Positions 24,641 through 38,054 of a stretch of DNA of 64,000 bases are shown one piece after another. The position numbers and the translations under genes are program-made. How positions within the stretch are numbered: the first letter of the stretch is position 1; every line of letters starts with the position of its first letter. Origin of the DNA: Felis catus. Taxonomy: Eukaryota. The stretch is from positions 27,282,001-27,346,000 of the forward strand of contig NC_058369.1 of the NCBI RefSeq assembly GCF_018350175.1, written 5' to 3'. The notes below the pieces were generated by a model. That model was not told the DNA's origin. It worked only from the letters and a program-made list of their open reading frames with translations, and did no database searches.

Positions 24641-25081
24641 TGTCAGATTGAATTCTGTCCTCTTAAAATTCATATGATGAAGCCCTAGCCCCCTGTACTT
24701 CAGAATGTGACCTTATTTGGAAATCAGGTCATGGCAGATGTAATTAGTTAAGTTGAGGTCCTATTGGAGTCGGGTGGTACTCTAAAGTGACTGGTGATCT
24801 AATAAGGGGAGATTTAAAAAGGAGGCAAGCAGCATACAAGGGCAATGTGTGTGATGATGAATGTAGAGATAGGGGTGAATCTTCAATAAGCCAAGGAAAG
24901 CCAAAGATTGCCAGCAAACCACCAAAAACTAGGAGAGCAGCAGAATTTCCCTCAAAGCCCTTGAGGCTTTGCTACCTTGGTTTTAGACTTTTAGCTCCAC
25001 TATGGTGAGACCATACATTCCTGTTGTCTAAGCTTCTTAGTTTGTAGTACTTTGTTATGGTTGCCCTAGGACACCAATACA
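24641..25081 (+). mobile_element. MLT1C-like MaLR solo LTR
   Basis: CAGAATGTGACCTTATTTGGAAAT, GCCAAGGAAAGCCAAAGATTGCCAGCAAACCACCA, 3' end TTTGTTATGGTTGCCCTAGGACACCAATACA. Confidence 0.88.
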
Positions 25082-27195
25082 GATTGCAAATGGGAAAACA
25101 CAGAACAACTGGGATCATCATGGCCACTCATCATTTACACATAGTGGTGGTATGTTGCCAGGCTAGAAAAGGAATACCTACCAAAACCCCAGATGCTGTC
25201 AGCATTGGGCTATTTACCAACATCGTCATAAAGAAGCAGAGTTATTAAAGTCTCTGCGATCACTGGGTAATTCAGCTCTTGACATTGATGGATGGAACTT
25301 GGCTTTTCCTCTTTGCCAAAGCTGCTGACTGGGTAAATGTTTTATTCATGAGGCCCAGGGCAGGAAGGGATGCCAAAGGTTTAAGAATATTTTAAGAAAC
25401 TCTTTGAGATGTCAGGCAAGTTATCAGGAGGTGTTAAGCAAGGAAGCTAGGTACTACATCAATCCAGCTGGACAATACAGCCTTTGAGAAGGCTACAAGC
25501 AGTGACTGACCATGGTCTTGGGAGGCCATTCTATGTTCTTGGTCTTGTATTTTGTATTGACTTGCACCCATGGTCACAACTCAAAGAAGCAGGAATTTCT
25601 GCTGTGGCTCAAAGGTCCTTCTGTCTCACTAGGATCCAAGCTAACCCAATTTGGAGGATAGTCTTAGCCTTGGAAGTTCTACCTGCCCATGGATCCAGAC
25701 TTAGGGTCTTTCCCCCATATTGGTAACTGCCAGAACCAAGGGAGTCATTTAAGTGACAGCATGTAGCTTTAGCTTACAGTCTCAGGATGCCCATTAGCTA
25801 TTAGCTATGCATTTTAATTACCTATTAACAAAATGGTATTTCAAATTATTTAGCACAACAGATTTTTTTTTTTTGCTGGTTGGATAGAGAACATCTTAAG
25901 TGTAGACAAGTTGCCGATGTAACTCTTCTCTTTCTCTATACAAAGAAAAGTCTTTTATATGATAGCAGGTTTTAATAAAGAATGTTTGTACTTATTCAGG
26001 TAACCATAATGATGGAAATTCTGGGTATATGTAATCATAATAAAATGACTTTTGTCCTTTAACTCTCTCTTATGGCCTGAGAATTTTAATATTTCATAGA
26101 ATCTCCTAATAAAGTTTTAAAATTACTTAGACTCATATAAAAGAACCAAGAATGAAGTGTAGCTGGTACAGAGTTGTCAATCCAAGCATTTTCTCATTGC
26201 CAAGGAAGCATACACCTTGTGTCCAGATTAATCTTTCCAAATTTTATAACTCTGTTGAAACTAAACCAGGCTAAAATGAAGAGTTAAAATATAAAATACA
26301 TTGGCAGATAAAAACCAGACAGGTTCTATGTATCCTTTGCCCTTTATTTTTGGGGAAGTTTCAGAGTCAGCGACCCTAAGAACTTTCCCTTGAGTCCTGA
26401 TTACGAAAAAACAAAGACCAGAAATTGACAGGGACAGCCACTCTAAAATATGCTGTCAAGATGCATCAAAATATGTCCATACATCCTTTCTTTTCTATCT
26501 GTCAAAGCCATTGATTATTTTCAATGAAGAAAGTCAGTGACAGTTGCTGGAATTGTAGAATTCAGCATAGCAACTAGGTGATGCCTGTCACTCTCTAAAT
26601 AGACAAAAAAAAATTTACTCTCTGAATCAGAAGCATATTTTTGGAAGCATAGTTAAATACAATTTAATAAAATATAACAATAAAATGCAGACAAGTGAAC
26701 TAGGAGACCCCTAGACTATTTCTCGGGCTTATTGGGATTTTCCATGAAAGTGCTTATTTTAGGTCTCTTTCAAAACAAAACAGTAGGTCAAGAACTCATT
26801 TCAAAAGTTTAAAATGTTTAGACCTTTTCCTGTTTCTGTGCTGGCTGAAAGGGACTTTTGTACCTTGCAGTTTTCAGGATTCCAGGAATGCTGTTCACCT
26901 AGCCAGTCACCCTTGGTCACACATGTTGCTAAAGGTTTGGGTTGTGTGGGAGCAGTTGAATAGCTTGCATAGTTTGGACATATCTTAGGTTGTCTGGTAT
27001 CCTAGAAAAAGAGTAAAACCCATGATGGAAGTGTATTAAAGCCATAAAAAACTGAACATGGACAGTTCTTGCTAGCAGTAGCAGAGATAAGAACATTAGC
27101 CCATTTCCAGGGGCATCAAGGGTGTCCCTCAGAATCTGGTGGCAGGGATCATGCTAGAGGGGAGCAGCGCAGAGGTTAAAGTCAGTGTGCTCTTG

Positions 27196-27412
27196 TTTTT
27201 TTTAAGTTCATTTTGAGAGAGAGAGAGAGCACATGTGAGAGTGAGAATGAGCAAGTGAGGAGGGGCAGAGAGAGGGAGAGACAGAATCCCAAGCAGGCTC
27301 CACACTGTCAGCACAGAGCCCGATGAAGGGCTCGAATTTATGAACCATGAGATCATGACCTGGGTTCAGATCAAGAGTCAGATGCTTAACCAACTAAGAC
27401 ACCCAGGCACCC
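27196..27412 (-). mobile_element. CanSINE
   Basis: CanSINE body; TSD GTGTGCTCTTG on both flanks. Confidence 0.92.
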
Positions 27413-27419
27413 TAGCATC

Positions 27420-27632
27420 TGTGTGCTCTTGCAGGCTGCTGTGATGTAAGCCTGAATCCCACCTGCCTGGCTTCCCTTGGTACTGAGCCTGGTTCTTCAG
27501 GCCTTCCCCCTGTGATTCTGAGTTTCCCAACATCCTTTCAATAAATTCCTATTTTGCTTCTATCAGCCAGAGTCTATTTTTAATTTTGTTTTGTTTTGTT
27601 TTTTTGTTTGCAACTAAGAAACCTCACTGATG
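27420..27632 (+). mobile_element. ERVL-class LTR 3' part (LTR33/LTR67-like); may continue left of the SINE
   Basis: CATCCTTTCAATAAATTCCTATTTTGCTT...AGCCAGAGT...TTGCAACTAAGAAACCTCACTGA. Confidence 0.55.
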
Positions 27633-27849
27633 AAATGTTGTGACTTGAGTTTGCTTGCAAAACCTCAGAGGGCTCAAAATGCGGTCAGGTTAGAGCAAAG
27701 CTGTTAACTAGAACCTACTATATGAATATAAGGTGGTACTTTGTGGTTTTTCTCTCTCAAGTTCTATTACCTCAACGTGATCAATACTAGAAACAATAAA
27801 AATTTTATTTGCTATACTACAAAATTAATAGTAGTAACAGTGGCTATAA

Positions 27850-28085
27850 CAGTTACCACTTATTGAGATCTTACAATATCTCAGGCACTGTGCTAAAAGC
27901 CTATGTATAGTTATTATTGAATCATCCCAACAATCCTAAGCCAAAGGTATTATTATTAGTGCCATCCTATTTATTTGGGAAATGAAGCACAGAGAGGTTA
28001 TGTAACTTGCTGAGGAACACAGCTAGGAAATGTGAAATGGGTTTGAATTGAAGAGTTGTCTGATTTATGACCTGTGACTTAAACT
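27850..28085 (-). mobile_element. MIR
   Basis: CACTTATTGAG...CAGGCACTGTGCTAA...GCACAGAGAGGTTATGTAACTTGC. Confidence 0.8.
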
Positions 28086-30879
28086 TGTTTACATTTAATT
28101 GTTCTACTTTTGACTTTTAAAAAGCCATACAGATTCAAAGTAGTCCTACTGATACCTTAAAAGAAAATAGATATTTAAGTCATCTTTAAAGAATTGTATG
28201 TAAGACAATCCCCCAAACAGTTCATAACTTCATTAAGTTTCACTTGAAAGAAAGATACAATCAAAAAAGGAGAGAGAGAGCTTTGAGAATGTGGGTAGGG
28301 GCAGGGTTGGGAAAACCCAAGGGATGTGGTTTACAATTTTTAAAAATTTAGGTCTACATTAGCTGTTGTGACCCAAATTTATATCTGTAGCTAGCTAGAG
28401 CCATACTCTGAAGAATGTTTGTTGTTGTTGTTGTCTGCTGTTTGTTTTTTGAGATCAATTCATTGGTTTTAGGAAAAAAAAAAGGGCACTGGAGATCTTT
28501 GTCTGATACACTCAACTTAAGTCTAATTTGCAGAACACTGTATTCTAGCGTTCAACACACACTGCTGTGCCATTAGTCACATACACATGCAACAACATTT
28601 GCAGGAGACATTTTAAATATATAAACATTAATTTATCTGTTTGAAATTCATAGTGATAAGCCCTGCCTAAGAGTATAATTTAAAGCTCTTCAGAAGAAAG
28701 ATGTAAAGGATTAACAGAGCTTAAATCAGGAATAAGTATATGGGAATATATTGGGTGCCATGCTCTGATGGGTATTGTCAAAGAATCTCCTAATGCTTAT
28801 TTAGGAAAAATGCTATTTGGTTTCCTTGGAAAATTTTAAACAGTTTATAAAATTAAAACATGAAATCCTTGGAGATTTTCTATCTTCAGCTGAGCAAAAA
28901 TGTTTTTTTTTTAAAGTTCCCTTAAAAAATATTTGCAAACAAATCTGTAACAGAAATGCCAAGAAAAATTTCCCAGGGAGAAATCAGCTTATATTTTAAC
29001 AGAGCAAATGCAAAACATATTCATCTCTAAAAAAATACAATATACACATATTTAAATGTACAGTCGTATGTAATACATAAAAGGGAATACGCATGAAATA
29101 TATCTGTGCATACCACATGCAAATATATATTCTATAAAACATTCATAGTTAAAAAATTGGTACAAGTATAACAGATTAGAGCTGGTTTATACTCTTGTTG
29201 CCTTTCTCTTTCTGTAACTAGTTCTGCTTGCCCTTGGCTCACATTATATTATTAAATCTTGGGATAATTTGAAAGAAGTATTGCTCCCAGCTGCTGCTGT
29301 AGAAACAAACTAAAGAGATAGTTTAAAGTGGCATGAGAAGATTAGACAAGCTGCGTTAAGAATTCCCTCTTAAGCACTCACATTTGCATGTTGTTGGAGA
29401 TTCAGCAAAGGCCAGATCTCTACAAGGCTAATAAATAGAATGGGACAATAATCCATGATCATTATTGGTGCAGAGGTGCCTGAGTTTGTGCTAACTAGGT
29501 GTGTCTGGTTTGCCTTCTGTGAGTGCTACTACTTCAGTCGTGCATTGGCTCTCTAGTCTCCAGTTTCCTCCTCCATTGTGCTATAGAAAAAAGCTTTTTC
29601 TGTATTTGACCTGGAAGAGAGAAGTTAGAAACTTGTTAGAAATAGTATTGCAGATATTTTAGATTTAAAGACACTAGGTTTAAGGGAAGAATATTAAAAC
29701 ATATGAAGGAACTCATGTTGCATAGTATAATATAACCTTATAGAATTTGTTACCCCGGACATGGTAAATTAAAAAAAAAAAAGAAAGAAATTCAGGCAGA
29801 AAACTAGGTAAATACTGGGAAGACTGAGCTACAATGACTCACCAAGCAACTTGCTAGCAACTTGTGGTTGTTTGGGAGAATTTTGACTTAGTGGAGGTAA
29901 ACTACATCCCTCACCAGGAAAGGAATAATTTGCTGGGTAGACCATTAGTCTGACTTGATTTTCTTTCATTTATTCATGGAATATGTATTCAATGTCTGCT
30001 ATATGCCACGTTCTACACTTGACACTCTGTGATGAATGATGCAGCCACTTTCCCTGGCTGAATGGAACTTAAATTTGGTGGGCGAGAGGGATTATGCTGT
30101 TATGTGCTGAATGTAATAGGGCAAGCAGGGAGTACCAGTCTCCAGGATCTCAAGAAGCTTTCCAGAAGGAAGGGATTAAGCTTCCTAGAGTTCAAGGGAA
30201 TAAGAAGTCAGGGGGAAAAGAAAGAGTTAGGGGTAAGAGTGTTCTGCATCAAGAGGGAGAATATGCTGCTAGTGCTTGGAGGTAAGGATGAGCCTGGGAT
30301 GCCTGAAGATGCTAAGTTCTGTGCACTGCAGTTGGTCCAAGCTGCATAAACCAGACACAGGTTACATGGAAGTGATGAGGAGTGTGCAAACACAGAGCCC
30401 TGGCCCATAAACGAATGACTTCAGTGACCAATAAAGGAAGGCAATAAACAAGTGAAATGAAGCCAAGCACCTAGCCTAGATCTCAAGACTAAATGAGAAA
30501 CTCAGCATAAATTCTGATGGCTAGAAACTTCAAGTGAGGCAGACGAACTGCACATCAGAGAGATGGATTTGCTGCAGTGGACACAAGAAGGCCAGCAGTG
30601 ATAGACCGTGCTCTGGGAAATGGTGGAGAGTGTTTAGAAGCAGCATTCATTCAAGAGCAGGTCTCAACGGGCTGACATGGTTGATGATGATGAACATGGA
30701 AAAAGTATATTGTTTGGAAGATAGATAGGGTGGGTGTGTGTAAAATAGGACTTTCCTTTTGGAGGAAATTAGATAGGTTTCCTGTAGAACCTTTTGTCAG
30801 TTCCCAACAGTTTCTATGCCACGTTAATTTGGGGTCATGATTAGGTATCTATTATTGGCTCTTGTACATTAATAATGGC

Positions 30880-33665
30880 AATTTATTTTTAGAAAAGTTC
30901 TTTTAAAGAATTAAATGACATACATCAATGATATAAGGACATGGAGAATTACTTAGGAAACACCTGTGTGCCTTCTTCCCAGATTTAACAAAGATGACAT
31001 TTGCAAAATTGGCATAAGACATTTTTAAGAAATGAAACACCACAGATCTGTTGAATTTCCATGTACACCACTCACCAGTCCCATCCCCTCCCTCCTTCCA
31101 GAGGGAACAATGTTCCTGTGTTTGGTTGTTGTAATCACCTGTATTTAAAAAAATTTTTTTTACTAATTCTGTACCCTTAAAGAATATATAGAATAGACAT
31201 TTTTATAACTGTATAAATGGTGCTATACTATGGATAGGTACATATCATTCTGCATTATTTTTCACTCAGCATAATGTGTTTATTTTTCCATATTGATACA
31301 GAAGCTATAGTTGATACTCTTAACTGCTTAATAGTATCTCATTCTATGAGTATACTGTATTTTAATGACAATATTTACACATTTTTATAAATTTTTGCTA
31401 TTATAAATAGTGTTGTGACGAGTATTATTTTACTTATGTTCTTATGAAAATAAGGAGAAGTATCGATTGGGTGTATATGCCTAGATGTGGAAGTGCTGTC
31501 ATAGGAAACACCCATATCCAGTTTTACTGAATACTGCCACCTGCTTTCCAATATGGCCTCACCAGCTTCTGCTCCCTGTACCTGTGTATGGAAGGTCATC
31601 TTACACTGTATCTTTGTCAGCACACAGTACTGTCAAACATTGAAATCTGTGGCAATCTAATGTGTGAAATGGTGTTTCAGTTAGGGTGTAGCCAAGGATG
31701 CTCTAGGATTTTCAGCAGAGGAAATTGAATACAAGTAACTCATTGGGCAGTTGATGGACCAGCTGAGAAACTAAGCAGGCTGGTGACATAACATCCACAG
31801 TAGTAGGAGGCTGCTAGCAATCCTAGGGCTGGAGAGACATATGGAGAAGGTGGTGAGACTAGAGTCCAGAAGCTGCGGCCACCTGTCCGGAACTGAAACC
31901 AGTGTGGAGGATGGGAGTGTGGGAGCTGAAGCCACAGAGGCTCATGGAAGCTGCCAGAGATCCTCCAAGAAGGAAAGAGGCTCCTGAGACACTGAAGAGA
32001 AGTCCCAGGCTCTCCCTCTCCTGTCTCCCCCCTCCCCCAATCTCCTCCCAGTGTCTCATTTGGCTGAACTTACCCAGAGGCTGGAAGTTACTCATGATTT
32101 AAGGACAAGTAAGGCAAGAGCAGGAAATTGATCTGAAAGTAGACCGACTATTGACTAGAACAGGTGCTATAGTATTATGGTTTTAATTTTCGTGTCTCTG
32201 ATTTTCAGTGAATGTATTTTAAACAATTACTGGTCATTTTCCTGTGAATTTTTTTCAGTTTTCTTAGTCCATATTTTCTATCAGCTGTCCATTTTTAACT
32301 TATTTTCGGGGATTCTTTGTACACTATGGATCTTAATTTTGGTCAGCTATATGTGTTGCTAATGTCAACTCATAATATGGCTAATTTTCCATTTTTTATG
32401 GTATCTTTTGTGGTATAGAAGTTTTAAAATCTAATATACAACCTTGTCAGTATTTGCCTTTTAAGGTTAGCACTGTTTTGTTCAAGGAGATCCTTCCCTA
32501 TCTTGAGTCATAGTCCCCTTATATTCTCCTTTAAAAGTTCTAGTTTTCTAGTTTCACTTTTCATATTTGTCTTTAATGTACCTGAGGCTTATTTTTTTAT
32601 GATGCAATAAAAATATCTTAAAATTTTCTTCCATAAAGATAACCAATTGTCCCAGGCCATTTTAAAGTGCTCTCCCCCAATTTTTTTTTTATTGCTGTTC
32701 TTTTCATATATAGAGTTTCTGTGTGTGTGTTGATTTCTTCTGGTGTAAATCTGTTTCTGGGATATCAGCTCTGTGTCACTGGTCTGGTTTATATTCATGA
32801 ACAACAGCGTGCTGTCTTAATATAGCTTTAAAATAAGACCTGATTGCCAGTAAGAATAGTTCCATCAAATTTGGCTGGGGTATTTCAGACTCCTAGGTAC
32901 TTTGTATGAATTTTAAGATCATTTTGTCAAGCACCATGAAAAAAAATGTTCAGATTTTAATTAATGTTTTGTTGAATGTGTAGATTAATAGCAACATGGT
33001 CACTTTTATAATTGTATTTTCTCCTTCGCTAACATGGCATGTGTCTCCTGTTACATAGGCCCTCTTTGACATGTTTTTCTTATTATATAAAAACATTTTT
33101 ATATATTTTAAAATTTCCTCCATAAAATTATTGCATACTTTTGGTGGTTTGTTTTCCCCCTATATATGTTATAGTTTGGATTATTGTTAAAAATGGCATT
33201 TGAAACTAGCATTTCAAATTCATTGCTGATAGTGCAAAAGAATACAAATAATTCTTATGTGACCAACTTATACCCAGAATACTTGCTGAACTGTTTCATT
33301 AGTTCTATATCTATAGATTCTCTTGGATTTTCATAAAAACAAAATCATATGGCATATGAATTATGGTAAATTGATTTCTTTCTTCCCGACCCTTACACCT
33401 TTGAGTTACATTTTGTGTCTCACTGTGCTGTCCGGTACCCCTTGAACAGAGATGGTGACAGCTGCTTGTTCCTAGGTTTGGAAGGTACTGTAATATTTCA
33501 GCATTAAATATACTTTTTTACTCTGGGATTTTTGATTTATTTTTTCAGGTGGAAGAAGTTCACTTTTCTTCCTAGTTTGCTGAAAGTTTTGTTAAAAGTT
33601 AATTAAATAATAGCTATTTTTTTGCATCAGATGTTCTTCCTGCATCTATTGAGATAATCACATGA
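30880..33665 (-). mobile_element. Old L1M (L1MD/ME-like) fragment, interrupted by an LTR
   Basis: Antisense L1 3'UTR/ORF2 motifs (GATAACCAATTGTCCCAGGCCATTT; TATGAATTTTAAGATCATTTTGTCAAG; TCCTAGTTTGCTGAAAGTTTT; CTGCATCTATTGAGATAATCACATG). Confidence 0.8.
31673..32162. mobile_element. ERVL-class solo LTR (LTR41/LTR40-like) nested in L1
   Basis: GC-richer block with TG...CA ends splitting the L1 motif GTGAAATGG|...ATTATGGTTTTAATTT; TGTTTCAGTTAGGGT start and CCTAGGGCTGGAGAGACA recall LTR41. Confidence 0.6.
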
Positions 33666-35120
33666 CTTCTCTGAAGTTCTTTGAAGACTAATGCTCTGCC
33701 CGAGTAAAATCTGAACTTGAAAAACACAAAAATCAATACTGTATATTTTCTATGGACATAGATAGATGTAAAAGCATTTTTTAAAGGGAGGTAAGGCTAT
33801 ATACAGAAATGATTCTAGGTAGTACTTTTGGAGAGAGTGAGGAAAAGAAATGGAAAGGGAATGAGTCCAGATAGGATTGGGGATGGTAGAAACATAGCCA
33901 CTAGCTCCATCTAATATATAACAGGAACATGTTCTCACCTACCTTCATAATTGTTTTAGCAATGTGTACACAGGAAAAAAAAACAGGTGTGTAAAATTAA
34001 TGATAAATTTTGAGTGCTAGAAAACAGGTGTGTAAAAAATGATAAATTTTGAGTGCTAGAATATATATAATTGTCACTCCTTTCTGTACTTTGCTATAAT
34101 TTTCTAATTTACAAGAACAACCAAAAAAAAACATTTAAAAAGTATTACTCATCTAGATTATGGCTGATGTGGGATTTAAATTGTTCAAGTTTGGTCTTAA
34201 TATTTGGAACTGGAAAGTTGAAAGATTGAATTTCATTTCCTCATGCACATAGTCAATTAAAATTCATGTATTTAAGTACCTAATTGATTATGGCTTGGGT
34301 AAGATAATTATATGGACCCATCATCTAATAATAGGGATGGGAAATACAGACAAGCTTTTCAAAGAAGCACTGAACCAACATGTAAATCAAAAATGAAATA
34401 TTGCTATCACATACAGGCCAGTAGTAATAGTGTTTCTTGGTTAGTGTAACTATTTTTTTAATACACAGCCAATTCCTATTCCCTTTAAATTACTAAACAA
34501 GATGTTTCTTTCTGCAAAGGTCAATTTCACTCTAATTTTTATGTTTTTCTCTGTTTGGGACCCAGGAACTTGAAAATCAACATTTTCCCTCATGTGTGAA
34601 GTAAGAGTAAAATGTTCAGCGTAAGTATTTGAGTACTCAGGGTTGGGTTGTCCAACAAATGATTGGACAGTTTGAGTATCAGCTTAGGGTGCCAGCAAAA
34701 TGTATACAGATAAATGGGTAGATAGATGGATAGGTAGATAGACACACATAATAGGTATGTGTATGTACATATGCACATACATATGTATATATACATACAT
34801 ATTTAAGCATGTGATATTTCAGATAAAAGAATGAAAACCATAATCAGAGGAACTGGAGTTGGACTTAGGCTTACTTAATGCTATGGTACTGATTTAATTT
34901 GGAGTTACATGGATGAGGGAGTAAGTATTACAGTCTTTCCAATGTTTTGGGCTGCTGAACATTTAAATCTGGACCAGTGAACACATCTTCTAGTGAGCAA
35001 CACAAAGAAGGGCTCTTTGTGACAGACTTTGTATTTTCAGATGGTAATCCACATAATTCACAAAAGGTGTAGAAGCTGAACCAGGCATGATGTACATAGA
35101 GTGAAGATTGAACTAAGGAG

Positions 35121-35122
<2 letters not shown>

Positions 35123-35160
<38 letters not shown>
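35123..35160. repeat. (GT)n microsatellite
   Basis: Direct reading. Confidence 0.98.
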
Positions 35161-35165
<5 letters not shown>

Positions 35166-35879
35166 GCAAATTTAATCTTGAATGAGGTGAAAAATAATGA
35201 AATCCTCTCTGATTAAATGTCAAATGGCTTTGAAGAAAACCTTTTGCCCAAATGACAATAGTGGATTAGCCTATAATGGAAAAAAAAGCGCTAGACTCTG
35301 AGCATATGGGGTCTGGGGGACACGATCCTGTGAGGAAGGAGCGTGGACAGAGAGAAGAGATTGGCAAAAGGCATGAGGAATAAGATGGTTGGTATCCACA
35401 CAGAGTCTTTCTCCTGGCAAGCACGCATGTCTTTCCTTGAACTTGTTCTAGAAACCTCATTTATGTTTCCTGATTCTAGTCCCTATCCTGATAAGGGCAA
35501 AAAAATGTCCAGGAGAGAGAGAGAGCTCTGTGGCCAGTCTATTAGTCATTCCAAAGCACTGTTAGATATGAAGCTGATGGGCATATAGGCTTTATTTTTG
35601 TTCTGGATATGAACACAGCTTAGAGGTATGTTTTCCACACTTTGTCATACTGTTTGTGGTTACAGATAGGAAAGGAAAGAATTGGAAATTGTTAGGCTTG
35701 AATAATGTCAGAGACAATGTTTTATTGAAACAGCAGTTCTGAAGATATTAGAGATGCAGATCAATCTTAATCTTTACTCTTAGGACCATTATTGTACTGA
35801 ACATTATAATATTTTTTTTCAAAGATCAGAAATGGTTACTTTGTCTGGTTTTATAAAGGGGGACATATGAGCAGATCAG

Positions 35880-36085
35880 GCGCTTAAGGGCAAGGCTTTG
35901 GAGCCAGGTTTGAATAGGAACTTTATTCTTCTTTACCTAATAAGTTGCTTAACCTCCCTGAAATTCCACTTCCTCATCTATAAAATGTGGTAATAATACC
36001 TCCCTCATACATTTCCTATGAGGAATAAATTATACAATACAGTAAAACTTTGCGTGGTGCAGTGTGCAGTGTAAAGTACTTAGGG
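35880..36085 (+). mobile_element. MIR
   Basis: GGCTTTGGAGCCAG...AAGTTGCTTAACCTC...TTCCTCATCTATAAAATG. Confidence 0.78.
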
Positions 36086-36169
36086 AATAGTGAAGGTGGT
36101 GTAGAGGCGGCGATTAGTCAACATTGAATTCATCGAGTAGTATATTTTACATTTGTATAACAGTGGTAT

Positions 36170-36666
36170 TGTAATCCATTGCGTGTACAAACACCCACCT
36201 TCAATGGCTTAACCAAATGGGGATGTATTTTTCTCCTCTGCAAAAAGAGGCATGCCAGGGCTGGTATGGCTCATGGAGCAAATCCTCAAGCACTTAAGTT
36301 CCTTCCATTTTCCCTGTTCTGTGTCCCTAATATTCTGTGACTCTAATAATATTCACAGTTGGCAAGATTCTCCTGCCCATTCAGGAATCATGCCTATGCC
36401 CCAATAGAAATAAGTAAAAGGTGTGGGCCAGCTAAATTTGTCCATTTTCTATCAGGAACACAAAGTTTTCTAGAAGCTCTACCTGATAGACTTCCTCTTA
36501 GACATCAATGGGCAGAATTCAATCACATGAAGATCCCTGGTGCAAGGGATCCTGGGAAACTCTCTTTCTTGGTGAGCAACAGCTGTTACCCAAGCAAAGT
36601 TTGGCACTGATATTAAGGAAAGAAGAGAGAATAGATCTTGAATAGGCACCAGCAGCGTCTGCCATA
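36170..36666 (-). mobile_element. Old MaLR LTR (MLT1K/L-like)
   Basis: AATGGCTTAACCAAAT..., GGGCAGAATTCAATCACATG, TGCAAGGGATCCTGGGAAA, end CAGCAGCGTCTGCCATA. Confidence 0.6.
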
Positions 36667-37810
36667 GTTTGACATTAGGAATTATTTGCTTCCTGCCCCT
36701 CCAAATGCCTAAGGCCTTAGTAATGAGAGAGTAAGAGAAAAAGCATCTGTTATGGCCTGATTTTAATAGAGGAGCTAGATTGTAGCATGACAGAACCCAC
36801 TATCGCTTTAGGAGGAAGCAAGCAAATATTAGGCAAGAATTTTTAATTTCACCTAAATATTTTCCTGTCACAGAAGGCAGCATGGTATACTGGTTTCAAA
36901 CAAAGCTCTCAGAAATCAAGCAGTCACGACTTGGAATTTTAAGGCCCTGGCCCTATTTGAGTAGATCACTTTGCCCAAGTTATTTCACCTCTGTAGGATG
37001 TAAAAACTATGAGAGCAGTGGCTTTGTTGTATTTGTTATTATTAGGAGAGAGTTTTCCTATAGTAGGTGCTCAGGTATTGGATGCTGGATGGATGGATGG
37101 GTACAAACGTGAATGAGTGAACTTCTCTAACCCCCAAATTCCTCAGCAATGAAAGGGATTAATAGAGACCATCTTTAGAGGTCATCATGAGGATTAAATG
37201 AGAGAACGTATGTTTTATAGAACACTCCAGTGATTCCATTGTTAGAGAAATACAATTTTACTTGGAACATCCCCAAGTCTCCCTGAACCTGAGAAGCTCT
37301 GTGGGGCTTTTCTGAAGACCTATTCAGCCAGCTGTTCATCTCCAGGTCTGTTGGATTTTTAGATAAGCTGCGTTATTGTACCATTTAAGTGTAATACTAA
37401 TGTATTTAAAGCAAATATCCATGGAATATATTTCCAAGATGGAGAGATGAAGGTATATGTGCACATGTCTATGTGTATGTGTGTATACACACCTAGAATG
37501 GTGGCTTTAATTTGGATAAAATTTTGCTGAGATTTTAATATCTGCTATTTCAGACAAAGCTTGTTGCTAATTAAGGGTTAGCACACTGAATTAGCAGTAA
37601 ATTAATACTCATTTCTGTGCTAGCACACTAGAGTGGCAGGAAAATTACCTAAATTAGATTCAGGTAGTGAATTTATCATGGCCAACAATAATGGGGTCTA
37701 AAAGAATTTTCTGTGAAACACTGGGAGTGAAACACTTCCGTAAGGCCCAAAAACTCTTTCCTTATTTATTTAGTTACTTGCAGTGGATGAATCTTAAGAA
37801 ATGATTTGAT

Positions 37811-38054
37811 GGGGCGCCTGGGTGGTTCAGTTGGTTGGGCGACCAGCTTCAGCTCAGGTCATGATCTTCTGGTTTGTGAGTTTGAGCCCCACGTTGGGCT
37901 CTGTGCTGACAGCTCAGAGCACGGACTCTGCTTCGGACCCTGTGTCTCCCTTTATCTCTCTTTCTCTCTCTCTGCCCTTCCCCAGCTTGTGCTCTGTCTC
38001 TCTTTGTCTCTCAAAAATGAATAAACATTAATTTTTTTTTAATGTTTAAAAAAA
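37811..38054 (+). mobile_element. CanSINE
   Basis: GGGGCGCCTGGGTGG head; ATGATTTGA repeated on both flanks. Confidence 0.93.
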
